Shown piece by piece: positions 38,322 through 52,923 of a DNA stretch of 64,000 nt. The stretch is from Octopus vulgaris. Its lineage: Eukaryota. The notes beneath the pieces were generated by a model, which made no database searches, had not been told where the DNA came from, and saw only the letters and a list, made by a program, of their open reading frames with translations. The position numbers were made by a program, and so were the translations under genes. How positions within the stretch are numbered: the first letter of the stretch is position 1; the number at the start of each line of letters is the position of its first letter. The stretch covers positions 17,422,001-17,486,000 of the forward strand of contig OX597837.1 in assembly GCA_951406725.2 (NCBI GenBank), in the 5' to 3' direction.

Positions 38322-40270
38322 AGAATTCACAAAAAAAACAAAAGACGAATATAGGTGGTGTAGACAACAAACAGATATATTATTTTAAAGCTCGGGAAGT
38401 GAAAAAAGTGAAAAAAGAGCCTACGCTCTTCCACAGAAAGGAACACAGAAAGAAACAAGGAGAGAAAATAAAAAATGTGTAGTGGCTAGCAATCTATCAT
38501 GGCAAATAACGGACAGAAGGGTCACACAGGAGAGCTAGGGAGAAGGGAAGATAATAAAGTAGTGGTGATCCCAAAACGAAGGTGCTCGTGCGTGTGAATA
38601 AGAGAGTTTGTATGTGCATCTGGAAGAGGGCTGATGATCTTGACGTGTGCGTGTGTGTATGTGTAGGTTTGAAAATGTGGGTCCGGGAAGTGGTCAATAC
38701 TGATGTGTGCGTGGTGGTGTGTTGTGATGTGTTGTGTGGTATGGTGGTGTAAGGTGTAGTAGGTGTGGTGAGGTGGGGTGTGGGTTAGGCTGAGGGTGAG
38801 TATGTGGGTAGGCGGAGGGTGGGGGTAGAGGTAGGGTATGTGAGAGTGGGTGGAAGGAATGGGGTGGGGTGGTCTTACGAGGGAGGGGTGACGATGAAGA
38901 GGAAAGAGAAGGAGGTAGGAGTTAAGAGAAGAGAGAAGGAGAGTAGGAGTGAAGAGAAGGAGTCGGAACAAGAGAGGAGAGGTGGGTGGAAGGAAGTAGG
39001 TGTGAGGGGAGAGAGGCGAGGGGAAGAGGTTAGATGAAGAGAAGTGGAGAGTTGAGCCCATGTGGCACAGAGGAGCGAAGAGAGAAGATTAATCCCTGTT
39101 CACGGCACAAACGGGGATCCGGATGACCCCTGTGCAAGGACAATCCGAACACGGACAGGTGCTGCAAAGAGTGACCTGTAGAGCGGAAATGGTACGAGAC
39201 TGGGGTGTCATTGCCGAGTCAGATGTCTCGGAGGTATTCCGCGAACCGGTCAGCCAAGCGGCGTCCCGTTTGCCCGATGTATAGAGAAGGGCAGAGAGAG
39301 CAGGAGATGCAGCAGATGACATTGGTAGAAGTGCAGGTGAAGGAGTCGGTGATGTGATAGGGTCAATGATGGGTGCCGTGAGGAGGGTGGTGTTGGAGAG
39401 ATAAGGGCAATTGCGGCAGTGTGGGTGGGAGCAGGGGAACGAGCCAGGTTGGGGGGTTGGGTTAGGGAAGAAGCTGTGGACCGAGAGGTCTCGTAGGTTG
39501 TGGCTCGTTTGAAGGAGGGGGGCAGTTAGGGAAGATGTGCGAAGTGGACGGGTCGGACTGGAGTCGCCAGAAGGTTCGAAGAATGGTGCGTTGGAGAGGT
39601 AGGGTGGTGGGATGGTGAGGGGAAATGGGAGGCGGGAGACGGTGGGGTGGGGTGGGTTCAGGGGGAGAGAGCAGATGCACGGTCCTCGGAACGTGCTCTG
39701 GCAAGGGCGGTGTGGATAGTGGTGAGGGGATATCCACGTAGGATGAAGTGGAAAGCCATGAGTTGAGACTGAATCTCAAAGTCATGGTCGTCACTACAAA
39801 GCCTGCGTGGACGGAGGAATTGGGAATAGGGGATGGAAAGCTTGGTGTGTTTAGTGTGGGAGGAAGAGAAGTTGAGGAATGAGTGTGAGTCTGTGTGTTT
39901 GTAGTGGATGGAGGTGGTGAGAGTGGAGTGATGAATGCTGACCAAAATGTTAAGAAAGGAAACAGAGGTGTCAGAGATAGTGCAGAAGAGGAGGGCAGGA
40001 TGGAAAGATTTGTCAAAAGAGAGGAAGGAGTCTAGTTGTTCGCGGGAGAGTGAGGTCGCACCGATACAGTCGTCAATATAACGGCCGTATAGTTCGAGAG
40101 TGGGACCAGTGAAACTTGAGAATATTTGGGCCAACGAACAGATTCGCATATTGGGTCCATTCTCGTTCCCATGACCACTCCCGAGGTTTGCTGGTAGAAA
40201 TCACCCGCAAACGAGAAGCAGTTGAATGAGAGGACAAGTTCGGCCAAACGAACAAATGTGGATGTGTCAG
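38318..40270 (-). mobile_element. 5'-truncated Penelope-like element (RT, GIY-YIG, pyrimidine/CA-rich 3' region, terminal repeat)
   Basis: FSFAGDFYQQTSGVVMGTRM, YGRYIDDCIG, YKHTDSHSFLNFSSSH, IPYSQFLRPRRLCS, CSSALLYIGQTGRRL; same lineage as 5487-6420; terminus matches 7020-7191 with the HHR GAAA part deleted. Confidence 0.9.
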
Positions 40271-40993
40271 GTTGGGGGTTATATTCATTAAAAATAGAAC
40301 AATTATAGTTTTGAGAAACACACAGCTCTGAATGCAAATATTTCACTTGGAATGTGCTGACATCCACTCCAGCATTCACCATTCTCCCCCATCCACCAAA
40401 ATATATCTTATACGGCTGTAAACCTTGAAGTTTGTAAGCCTCAACGTTTCATTTAAGCTGAGTGCCTTATTGAAAGTGATGTCAGTAAATTGACAGGTAA
40501 AAATAAAAGCCATTTATGACATGATGTTGATAATGTTTAAAAACGAAAAATAAATCAAAAGTTCCATTCGGTGTTTGTTTGATAATAATAGTTGTAAGAG
40601 AATAAATTAACTCACTGTGAAAGAAAAGATAACTGACATTTTAACCTATCTACAATGAGATACAGGAGTTAGCCACGATATGTAAAGAGAGACTCTATTA
40701 ACACATGAAATTTTTTTATACGACAAGGAATGTAGATTTATTTGTAAAAAATTTGAAAAAAAACATCTTAATAGCGGTTCACTTTTTTTTCCGACGTATG
40801 AATTGACGTCACCTATGGAATACTTTAAAATTTCTTGTATTATAGACACAACAAAGACCAATGATATATTTAAACTCTTCCATTGTTTGTTTCATAAAAA
40901 ATGTTATGATCATGTCATAATATGTATAAACGCATGCATACATGCATACAGTACACACGCATACACACACACGCACACACACACACTCACTCA

Positions 40994-41064
<71 letters not shown>

Positions 41065-41114
41065 AATGCATTCCAGAAGTTTTGAGACTTTTTTATGAGA
41101 CTGTTATAGCAAAA

Positions 41115-42197
41115 TCTTTATTACAATCATGCGATCTTACATAGATAGGGACATAACAAGACAGACAAATACAAAGAATGTTAAATGAGTTCGAATGAGA
41201 CTTAAAAATTTAGTTGTAATATGACATAAACGAAAACTTGGCTTACTTTTGCCTTTAAACGAATCATTGGCTTACAACGAGAACTTTTGTGTGTATTTTT
41301 TTCTTTTAATAAAATAAGAAAACATGACATATGCTAAAACGAAAAGGGGAAAATGCAGGTTCCAAAAATTTTGAACCCGGCAGCCTATAAGGCCCAGCAA
41401 CTAATTTTTCCTTTCTTCGATGATTAAGCTGGCTTACTCACATCCACCTTTCTCATCGTTTCACATACTCTTTCTGTGGCAGGTTCCTCTTCTCCAACCC
41501 CATCTTGCTCTTCAGATGATATCTGAAGTAGTTTAACAAACCGGGGCCAGAGACGAAGGATCCTGTCACAAAACCGTCCATTCTGATTCTCCACACACAC
41601 TCTTTCAGTACTGCCACCGTACAGTAAAAACAAGCCTCACCTTCCTTTGAGAGTCCAGTTGGTGTTATCATCTTTATCATAGATCCAGCCGACAGCTGTA
41701 CTCGTCCCAGATGCGACAACACGTGTTCTACGTAACTTATCAAGCTTGACAGCTCCCGACAATGTACAAAAGCGTGTTGAACGGTTTCATCGTCCAACCC
41801 ACATCTTGGACACGTCGGTGGCACTGACATTCCGTGCCTTAATAACAGGTAATGCATTCCTATAGCACTGCCAAGTCAGGGATTTTTGGTAATTGTCCAA
41901 ATACCCCGGCCTGAAAGTCTTCTTAAACAGGTTGGAGAGTTGATTCTCGTCGAACCCCAGAGCCCCTCCTAGGACGTCGTCATTTTTTGCCTCTAACAGC
42001 CCTCTATAGAACACCGAGGTGGTATTCCCGCTGCCGGCCTTGCCCACCTTGTGGATCAGCTTGAATGCCTGTCGGCACTCATTCTACCATAAAGTCAGAT
42101 TCCGTCTTTTAATGAAACCGGGTTTAAATCTCTCCAAAGAAGCTGGTTGCGGGAAGAATTCCTCTGCCAGCGGACTCCACACCTTATCACCCTCCAA
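41115..42197 (-). mobile_element. 5'-truncated copy of the same Tx1 LINE family (3' end)
   Basis: Colinear with 31910-33050 (CPRCGLDDETVQHAFVHC, same 3' UTR, aataaaga end) with small deletions. Confidence 0.95.
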
Positions 42198-42299
42198 GTG
42201 ATATAGCTGTCCTTATTTCTTTAGTTCATTTAATCGAATTTGCCATAAAGACATTACATAGATAGAAGTAAGTGCGGGCTAGATAACAACACAAATGAA

Positions 42300-42540
42300 G
42301 TGAATGATGAGCAAAATAATGATATAGATGAGAGAAGCAGACGACGCCTGCCGATCGATGCTTCCCGAGAACATTGTTCTATTTTTCTCTTTTATAAAAC
42401 GAATTGAGGTTATAAACTTCTTACTATAGTTCATTGGGACACAAGGTTCTTTCATATGAGCCAATAAGCCTCTTACATTTTTCACAAATGGACTCCACGT
42501 CCTTACAAAGTGAGGCACTAAGCCTCTTACCATTTTTTAC
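42300..42540 (-). mobile_element. 3' end of the element family at 23990-25700
   Basis: Shares GAGGCTTAGTGCCTC stem-loops and agaacaatg.tctcggg...atcggc.ggcgt...ctcatctat with 25448-25675. Confidence 0.7.
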
Positions 42541-42544
42541 AACT

Positions 42545-42860
42545 CGAAGCATTCCTCACTGAGTTTCTGAGAAGAACTTCAAACACCTCTATGGACTTGG
42601 CCGCCAGCTTAGCCTTGGCATTGCAAGCAGAGCAGTTGGTTTCTTTCTCAACCGCGCACCACATAGTAATGAAAGGGATTACAATCGGAGAAATTAGGTG
42701 GCCAGAAATTGGGTCGGGGAAGTTGTAGAAATTCTCCAACAACAACTTCTGACTCTTTCTGCGGGTACGGCAAGGAGCTGAAGCCTGCTGACAGACATAT
42801 GACCTTTGACCACATTCTCCAGGAACTCCACAAAGACGTCTGAATTGAGCATAAGGCCCT
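42545..42860 (-). mobile_element. Tc1/mariner transposase fragment
   Basis: NFWPPNFSDCNPFHYYV followed by AVEKETN. Confidence 0.75.
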
Positions 42861-44534
42861 GTTCAGAGATGTGAGGATGAATTCTGTCGCGCAGAACGTC
42901 TGCTGTGTTCCTCTATGCTGGATACGGTTTCGTTGTCTCTGTTACGACTGTCCATGTCACGTTTTACAACCTTTACAGTGTTCGCAAGGCATTAAGCAGA
43001 AGTCAGTTTGATAGATCCACTTCGTGACTGAGACTGGAATATGTTATTGAAGACATCTCTTCAATCTTTCTCTCACTCATCGCTGGCCAAGGTCGCATAA
43101 AAGTAGTCCCTAGGCCTTTTAGTCAACTTCTGGCACACAAGACTGATTGTTCCAGTATTTCTATGATTTTAATCACCGATAGTGCTTTGATAACAGCTGC
43201 ATTTTTTCTTTTTTGTTTTGTTTTTGTTTCTACATATATCACCAGTATGTAACACCACCAGTTTCACTATCTTTCCTTAAGCAACTACAACGAGAAGCCG
43301 TACTGGGATGGTAGAGTGGTCTTTGAGGGTCATGAAGATTTATCCACTGAGACCCTACTAGATCATGTCATTCTTCGTGACCTTGGACTTACTCCCAATA
43401 CAATTGGTTTGACCCTCCTATTTCGTTACCCCAGATACTGTCATAGAAGAGAATAGGCAGATATTATTGGCATTCCTCCTCATTTCAGAACATTACACGA
43501 CCCCTGTGCTTTGCCTCAGTTATTTGAGGCAATATCCTTCGCCTTCTTGCTTGTTCATCCAGTTTTGGTTTTAAGCGTTACTCGCTTATTGAAGTGTGTG
43601 TATGTGTGTGCGCGCGTGCTTGTATGCGTGTGGATGTGATTGAGTGCATGTATGTATGCGTGTGCGTGCGTATGTACGCGTGCGCACGGCGCAGGATCTC
43701 GTTACTCTAAACGTTCTTTTGTTCCACTGTGTCAATGGTTTTTTTTAGTGTTTTGTGACAATATTTTTCTTTCAAAGATATTCGTCAGTTAAAAATACTT
43801 CTATTTTTGTTGGTGTTTCTATTTGTTGTAAATAACATTTTTATGCATCAATGGAAAGAAAAACCATAAAAGTGTCAAAAAGCACCTTTACTTTGTACAA
43901 TAATTCCACGAACTGACGAAATAGAATGAAGCTTGTCTGTCAGAACTCAATAACTCCCTTTGTGCCATGTCGTAACCAGGAGCACCAGAGATGTGCAATC
44001 CTGCTTTTGTTGTCACTAGATAGTTGCCAGAGTACATGGGACGTAGAGGATTGAAGAAATCTGAGGGATGCATGTGCGTGGTTATGCTTAGCGTGGAGAA
44101 GCTGTTGCACATTAGTTTCCAAACGGTCTTGCTCTAATGGCAAAGAGTCTAAGACGACTGAAGGTAGCAATCTTGTGCAGCCATATACATATGCACACTC
44201 TCGTACGTACATACACGTACTCTTATACGCACACATGCATAGTCATACGCTCACACATCGTTACACGTATACATTCACATATACATGCACACTTATACAG
44301 ACTCAAACACATACACATATGCATGCACAAACACATACACTCATTTGCAATCATAATTCTGCCATAGTTATTTAACATGAATGTAAAGACTACTTGCTTG
44401 TCACAAGAACACAAGTTTGTGAAAAACCTCTACGCAATTGCTCGAGGTTGCAATCCAAATTCTCTCAAATGCTGCCCTGCAGTCTTCAAATCGGTTTAAA
44501 ATATACAGGACAAAATAATACAAGATATGTTACT

Positions 44535-44910
44535 CTTTTACTTGTTTCAGTCACTTGACTGTGGCCATGCCGGAGCACCGCCTTTAGTCGAGCAAATCGA
44601 CCCCATGACTTATTCTTGGTAAGCCTAGTACTTATTCTATCGGTCTCTTTTGCCGAACCGCTAATTTACGGGGACGTAAACACACCAGCATCGGTTGTCA
44701 AGCGATGTTGGAGGGGACAAACACAGACACACAAACATATATATACACGACGGGCTTCTTTCAGTTTCCGTCTACCAAATCCACTCAGAAGGCTTTGGTC
44801 GGCCCGAGGCTATAGTAAAGACACTTGCCCTAGGTGCCACGCAGTGGGACTGAACCCGGAACCATGTGGTTCGTAAGAAAGCTACTTACCACGCATCCAC
44901 TCCTACGCCT
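44535..44910 (-). mobile_element. tRNA-derived SINE (family B), near full length
   Basis: Minus-strand head with A-box-like gtggatgcgtggtaa and B-box-like gggttcagtccc, then gggcaagtgtc; other copies at 25758, 27545 and about 60020-60150. Confidence 0.85.
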
Positions 44911-45869
44911 ATGCACACATCCACTCCAACGCATATCCACACAGCCACTCCTACATGTTGATCACGACTAAAATACCAGTCGAGCGATAAATTCTCAATA
45001 CATGCGAACGTCATAAGTGAATATCAAATGCACGAAACAGGTTCCCTATAAGCCCTTCAATTTAACCTTTTTAATGCTAGATCAAGTATATTTTCTAAGC
45101 ATTTAGTAGGAAAATTTTGAATCTAGTATTTAGCAAAGATAATAGCAATTTTAAAATTTTATTTAACATTTGTTTAGCATTTTTCTCTGATCATGACATT
45201 TTCACAATAGTTACCCTTTTTCTTTTTTCCTCTTTTTTCTACTCCTGCTTTTTTTTTTCTTTTTTAAGTATTTTGCAGCCAAATTTTAGTACTACCGGTT
45301 ATTGTTGAAATTTTTCTTTCACTTTCCTGATACTCCATACAAAAAGGTTATCGAGTACTTTATCTTTTCCTTCTCATCTCTGATCGGGTGCAGGGATGGG
45401 ATTTCTCATCTCAGCACCTGAGCTCTCCACATAAAACATTTGCTGTCTAAAGGAAGTAACAGTGCCAGCGTAATGATAGAGTAATGAAGAGTGATGCTGT
45501 CTAAAGGAAACAACAATGGCAGAGTAATGAGATGTACTTGCACAGCAAGTGACCTGATCTGAGATCGTGTGCTGGAACGAAAACAATTGCAGCGTGGAAG
45601 GTGTTTATAAGCCATTTAAGAAACACACAAAATCCGTTAGATTCACTTCAACATTTAAATTTAATTTGTCAAAATATTTTCGTCGCTTTGAGACCGCGAC
45701 CTGAGGAAAGAGCATCGTTACTTCTATTTAGACGTGTATGTCATTCATTACAGTTGGCAGCATCCCACACTTATACACAATACATAGCTAGAAATTTAGA
45801 ATTTTTAGTGTCCGAAATCTATATATAGCTCTCTCACTCTTCAACTAGACAACGAACCTACAAACCAGC

Positions 45870-46860
45870 TTTACCTTGCTATCATTGATAAGGAGCCCTT
45901 AAAGGTTGTGAATTTTTGCACAAATCGGTGGTTGTCAGTAGAACCAGCTGTAAGTAGAATTTGAAGCCAATAGTTTGAACCACAAACTCACTTCCAAACT
46001 ACAAGTACAAAGAAAAGTGTTTCACATTTCAAACGCTACAAGAAATGTTTTGTGATTCTCGGAATGAACTTTTCCTTTTATTTTTGCATGCAATTCTAAA
46101 ATATGTGCACGAAGTGAATAAACTGCTTGAATGAAACATTGTTGACAAGACAAAATTACTTGAAGATCTTTCAAATTTGATAAAATTTATTACTAATAAG
46201 ATAGTATTATTAATATGTACATTTGATCTGCTTGATTTTGATGCTTATATTGAAGAATTTCTCAATCCTAAACCAAATCTAGGCTATAAAATCGAGAGAA
46301 AGATAGCAGAAATGTTTGTCAAGAAGACTATAACAGCTACTGAAGAAAATAATATTCATAATAAAGCAAAACAGTTTTTACTCAGCCCTTATAAAGAGCT
46401 CAAACAACTTTTGCCGGAATACTTTAAAATACCGGGAATATCGAATGTTTTTTTTAGTAGAGATTACTTTGAGACATTTAATAGAACTAAACAATGTATT
46501 TAAATGAAGAGAAATGTCTGCAATTGAAATTCAGTTTAATAGCATCGATTTAGTTAAATGGACAAATACAGCTAATACTGAGGCATTAGGAGTTTTGGAT
46601 TATAAAAATGTCACTGGAGGGAATCCTTTCAAAGATGTTGCAAAATGTACCATTAACCTATTAATATTGCTAAGCTCAAATACCGAAATCGAATGGTTGT
46701 TCAGCAGTATGAATAGAATCAAATTGAAACTGAGAAACAAAATGCAACTTCTTATGCTCGGATCAATCCTCCCTGTAAAATACGGCCTAAAAAGATATGG
46801 CAAATGCTGCAAAAACTTCAACATTCCAAAACCTATATTTAACAAGATTGGAACCTTGTA
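45870..46860 (+). mobile_element. hAT-like transposase C-terminal pseudogene fragment
   Basis: NRWLSV at about 45923; FKDVAKCTINLLILLSSNTEIEWLFSSMNRIKLKLRNKM resembles the hAT dimerisation domain (SxAxxERxFS..RNxL). Confidence 0.8.
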
Positions 46861-48029
46861 TATTTACAAAAGTCAAGATCCAGGGACTGCAGCTGAAAGT
46901 GAACAAATCAGTGAAATTGAAGAAATTATTTCCCAACACCACCTCCAAAGGATAAATATCTTACAAAGACTTCAAAGTACTCACAAATAATTTGAAACAA
47001 CAATATCTACAAACAGTCCTGAAAATACACAGCTGTATATGAAAATTAATATTCGCAACAACAATAAAAACAAAGTACAATTGTCCCCCTTCTCAACGTT
47101 ACAGATCTGCACAGAATATATCTAAATATATTTATTTATAAATATGTTTTTAAACACAAAAATAAGCCTAAATAAATCTAAGAATTCTGAAATTAAACGC
47201 CAACAACATTAAAAATACCCTTATATCATCACTCATAACATTCATGTAGCAATTATTCAGGAAACATTACTAGCGGAATGCTGAATACTCACCATTCCAA
47301 ATTATACTCAGGTGTGACAGACCTTTTTTACAATCTAAGAGAACTTAGACAGAATACTCATATATAAATTATAATCAGGAATGACACAATTCGAAATTCA
47401 TTAATGTAATAAAAATATATATCGTACAGCCATTCTCATCAACGGTCACACTAGACTACAGTTACAACACTTCAGCGCAATCACAAACACAATCAATGGG
47501 AAGACTCCAACGCTTACATCACCTGCATTCTGAATGTTACAGATAACAGGGAGGGTGGACACCCTTTATATTATAAACAATATGTATATATATATAAACT
47601 TAAATAATTTGGGAAAACTAAATTCCAAATCAATCAGGTACAGCTCCTTAGCATTACATGCATCTGAATATCGTATCTTGGAGTTTTATTTATCATATAT
47701 TTATATATTTATCTATAGATATATAAAGTATCTAATAAAAGTCAATAATAATTCAGCTTTTGGGGATTAATACATATGCGGGTATTCTATTTCAGAGAAT
47801 ACAAAAAAAACAACCTAATGAGTATATCTAAAAGTAAACTCATGGTATCCATTTGCACATCACGAAATAATACTTAAAGGACATAACCCTTATACCTGCA
47901 GGGTATATACTATACTTCCTTAACTATTTCCTAGTTTAGTTAACACTAAATTAATTAAATATGAAGGAACTACAGGTATTTCAGTATTGGAAGATTACAA
48001 TATATATACATACACACAATTGTATACAT

Positions 48030-48134
<105 letters not shown>

Positions 48135-48699
48135 TATATACCTATATAAATATATATATATCCAATCATCAGATTTACAGTTATTCCAACATATCTTCAG
48201 ATTCTTTTTCAAAATATAATAAATCTAATTTTATATCCCTTTAAAAAATAAGCAAAATTAAACATGAAAGATTAAAAATTAAAATTATACTTTGTAATAT
48301 TAAGAATTAAAATTTATAAATTATATATTATAAATATGAATTAGTATATATATCAACCTTGTAAAGTCAAATATATAATGTCAAATACAAATTATAAGAT
48401 ATAAAATTATACTTCAGAATAAAAATGCCTGTGTTTAAATGTGAAATATAACAAGAAAAATTCAAATACATATCTTCATTTTTTGCTGGTACCACGATTA
48501 GTTTTCAAAATGGCGATTAGAGGAAGAAGATAACAGGGAACTATGGGAATTTATAGGTGATTAGTACCAAGGGGGTAATTACATTATGCATAGTTTAAAT
48601 TTAAACTATCCTTTATTATTATCTTCAATTTACCTATGTTGGGAGATATATATAATTTGTTATTATATAATTTTGGTAATATTTAATTCATTTATTTAT

Positions 48700-49712
48700 T
48701 TATAAAGTCTATTCAAGTGCTGTAGAAATAAAATTGTGTGGATATTTGATTCAGGGGTGGGGGTTCAGCACTTCATTTTATTGAAGGTAAAATTACTTCG
48801 GTGCCTACATTTAACTCCTCGTTCATCATATGTGTTTAATGATTCATCTCTAGATTGTAGTAGTTTCATAAATTCTGTTATGCATAATAAACACATGTTA
48901 TTCCCATTATAGGAGTGGGTTCTACCTATTATACTCCAGTTAAGGGTGTACTCTCTTTTTCTAGATTTTAGTTCTCATATATATTTACTTAAGCCTGTGG
49001 ACTTACTTAAATTAGGATTTTTGAAGGTCTGGTAGAGTTGGGATATTCTTTTTTTAATGTCATTAGCTGTTGATCCAATATAAGCCTTATTTATAATTGT
49101 ATTATTATTGTTCTTAGAGGTTACTCTACATTTATAAATTACATTATTAATATTACAATTATTAGAGAGTTTACATTTAGTCTTATCACGACATGAACAT
49201 TTTTCTATATGTTGATTAAGACTTCTATCACTATTGGTTATATTATTGCTAGAGTTATTATTTATTTTGCTATTATAATAATTATTTAATTTCTTATTAT
49301 TTATAGAGGAAATGATATTGCATACGTTTCTCGATATTGAGTATCCCACTCTTATGGTTTTATTGGAAAATATATTTGAGTAACCGTTGTCCTTTTTAAA
49401 AACAATTTTTACAGTTTTAAGTGTCTCCTTGGTAATATTAGTCATAACTTGAGACCCATATGGAATAATTAACCATATAATATCCTTTTTATTTTTTATA
49501 TTTTTTATATTATCATTAGACATCATTGGTATTAAATTGTTATTCTTAGGTATATTATATCTCTTCTTGTATACTTTCCTATGTTTCTTACTATTGCTCA
49601 TATTCTCATTATCAATATTAGTATTATTATTGTAATCATTTATAACAATATATTGTTTTTGTCTTTATTTAGTTTGTTACATTTTCTTTTATCATTATTC
49701 ATATTTTTAACT
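48700..49712 (-). mobile_element. Penelope-like element fragment (linker and GIY-YIG)
   Basis: CSCRDKTKCKLSNNCNINNVIYKCRV..AYIGSTANDIKKRISQ..STGLSKYI, then CLLCITE. Confidence 0.85.
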
Positions 49713-49846
49713 CTGATGAATCTTCGCGGACATTCACTTGGCCACAACAACGATAACTATGATGTAAGAATATGAATAAACCTATTTATAAATACTGTGT
49801 TGGATACTGAATATATATTGACTTAAACGTTTACTAGATTGGAATC

Positions 49847-49886
<40 letters not shown>

Positions 49887-52235
49887 GCACGCGCGCACGT
49901 AAATAGATGGATGTATGCGTGTATTCTTCAGGATATTACTACATTTCTTATTCCAACCAAGACAAGCGATTTATTATTATTTTTTCACTTCAAGCATTCC
50001 TCACCCTGGCTGGTTTTAACTGATTAAACTGTATATAAAGAACTTTTGTGGATGAACATTGATAGGTATGAAAACTAGGAAGAATGTCCGAGGAAAAATA
50101 CCCAGGGTTAGTGTGTGTGTGTGCGCGCTGAATATGCTTGCATGAGTGTGTATCTGCATAGGATTTACAATGTATATATGTGCGTGTATCTATACATGCA
50201 AGTATGTGAGTATGTGTATTTATGTACATATGTATGCTTGTATAACTGTCTATAGGTATACATATATTTTCATATGCATACATTTGTATCTATGTGTATT
50301 TATATTGTGTGTATATGTATGCATGTGCTTTGTATGTACTTATATGTATGTATTTGTACTTGTGTGTGTGTTTATATGTGTATGTGTGCTATTGTTTGTC
50401 GCCCTGTGGTCTGAATGTATATCAATAGGTATAAGAGTATACAATTAGATGAGTGTAGTTACGTATGTTTTAGTATGTTAATGCTTCTGTCCATGTGCTT
50501 CTATATTGGTGTGAGTATTGTTTTACTTTCACTGCAGTTCATTGTGACAGAAGGTATTTTAAAGGTGTGGTTAGAAATGTGATAAAAATTAAACTCCATA
50601 AGCTTTCATGTGTGGTCTTTTGACCTTTTAATCCTATTTAAAAATTACTATTGTTCGATACTACCTCTTAGTTTAGTTTTCATATACCTAACTCTCTGTT
50701 CCCTATTTAACTCATTTATATCGTATTTATATATGAACTTTTATATACTTTTTAAAGTTATTTTTTATATTTACTTTAACTACTTTACTTCCTTTTCTTA
50801 TCACTTCCAACATGAAGGATGGTCATTTCACTGAACTTAGATCTAGCACCTTAAGTATTAGGAAGCAATATATCTTTAATTTTACTGACCATTTACTGAC
50901 CACACCAAACTAATTTCACCTTGTCTCGATCTTCAGTACATTGTAAATATAAAGAATTTGTATGTATACTTAGAGTTGAATCATTGGTGTAACTATGATG
51001 TCCTGGTGATCTGATGAGCCAGCTTTCTGTATTTTCATTGTTTTGTGAATATACATTTGTATTGCATAATGCGCAATATGCATATTACTGCATAATTTAT
51101 TGTACACTGAATTTTTTATTACATGAAGACTGCAAAACGGCCGTAATCCTAAGGATGATAAGCGGTTAAATGCATTCACCTCTCATACCTCCTGACTTTT
51201 TATGGTACATAGGGAACGAATGCTATAAACTTGTGTTTATCATAATTTCTCTTACATTTGTTCTGTATATCATACTTAGTAATACTACCAAGCACATTTG
51301 TAACTAAACCACTATATTGGAAGCAGATTGGATGATGATAGTCTATGTGTATCTCTAAACTCACCAGTAGTAGACGTACAACTAACTGTACACACGCGTG
51401 TATATTTACTGTGGTAAAGTAAGGGGTATTTCCCCGTTTTGATTTTGACCGGGATTAAACATCATGCTTCATTTTTTTTATTTCCCTCCAATAATAGTAT
51501 ACTTTTTATAAATTATTCATGTTAAAACGTACTTTGCAATTTGTTTTTAATACAGAGAGCATCACTGGGTATTTTTCCTCGGACATTCTTCCTAGTTTTC
51601 ATACCTATTAATCTTAATTCACAAAAGTTCTCTCTATATAGCTAAATCAGTTAAAACCAGCCAGGGTTAGCAAGTATTTATTTCGCTAAGAAAAGTTAAT
51701 AAGATCAAAATATGTATCGATGATTAGACTCCCATTGAATTATTCACATTGATTTAAATTTATCAAACTTTGTAGCTGTCTCCTTTGTCATTATTTTTTT
51801 TTTCTCGATATTATTAATCATCATTCCATGATTGTCTTTTCATCTTCAATACAGTGTAATTTTAATTACGATTTTGTAAGGTCTCATTATGTATGGGTTT
51901 ATTCATTATGCAACATAGCCATCGATGTTTCAACCAGAATGCTCGCTGCGCCTCGTCAGAAAACTTCTCTGGTGAGGCTTCGCGGACATTCACTTGGCCA
52001 AAACAACGGTAACTATGATGTAAGAATATGAATAAACCTATTTATAAATACTGTGTTGGATACTGAATATATATTGACTTAAATGTTTACTAGATCGGAA
52101 TTGTGTGTGTGTGTGTGTGTTTGCGCGCGCGCACGTAAATAAATGGATGTATACGTGTACTCTTCAGGATATTGCTACATTTCTTATTCCAAGGCAAGCG
52201 ATTTCTTTTTTTTTTTCACTTCAGGCATTCTTAAC
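49712..52235 (+). repeat. Direct repeat of about 280 bp (49712-50003 and 51967-52235)
   Basis: cttcgcggacattcacttggcca...tttcacttca.gcattc read in both copies, including the internal (TG)n. Confidence 0.9.
50004..51666. mobile_element. Non-autonomous DNA transposon with about 100-bp TIRs and piggyBac-like ends
   Basis: 50004-50104 is the reverse complement of 51565-51666 (ccctggctggttttaactgatt.../...aatcagttaaaaccagccaggg). Right flank ttag; the equivalent site in the duplicated flank reads ttaa. No transposase seen. Confidence 0.75.
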
Positions 52236-52716
52236 ATTTCTGAGAGTTGGGCTCCATCTAGCTGGCTTCTCTTTCAAATACTTCTTTAAAATGAAAAGCC
52301 CTTAGTAGCGGATGACTTAACAGGATCCAGTTTCCTGTGTAATAATTCCCTGTGCTATATACTAATCAGGAAATTGGTTTATTCGTGTCACAATTTAAGA
52401 GGGTTTAAGTGTGTTTCTGTTTACTCAGACATCGTTGCTCTCTTGAAAGTAAGATAAGCTACTTGAAGCTAACTTTACATAAGGTCGTTAACATCTGTTG
52501 GAAAGAAAGAATATATAACGAAAAACGAAATTGTATGGAGAAATTTAGGAAAGGCGACATTAAGGATGGGTCAAGAATGAATTGAAGTCATCTCCTGGCA
52601 CGAATAGAAAATCGAAAAAGAACGAAGAGAAAGAGAAGAATGTCATCGGAAATCAATAAAATAAAACCTGGGTCATTGACATTACTTACATATTGCTAGT
52701 TACTTAAGTCTGTGAT

Positions 52717-52923
52717 CTGGCAGAATCGTTAGCACTCCGCACAAAATGTTTAGCGGCATTTCGTCTGTCTTTGCGTTCTGAGTTCAAATTCAGACAAGGT
52801 CGACTTTGCCTTCCATTCTTTTGAGGTCGATAAAATAAGTACCAGTTGAACTTTGGAATCGGTGTAATCAACTTACCTCCTCTCCCGAACTTACTGACTT
52901 TGTGTCAAAATTTGAAACCAATG
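52717..52923 (+). mobile_element. tRNA-derived SINE (family A)
   Basis: A-box-like tggcagaatcgttag, B-box gagttcaaatt; homologous to 13730-13937. Confidence 0.85.

Noticed and set aside
46880-47480. Possible very decayed GIY-YIG/PLE remnant after the hAT fragment
   Set aside because: No motif readable with enough confidence.
49714-49720. CTGATGA at a repeat junction
   Set aside because: No stem II or GAAA; the duplicate copy reads ctggtga.
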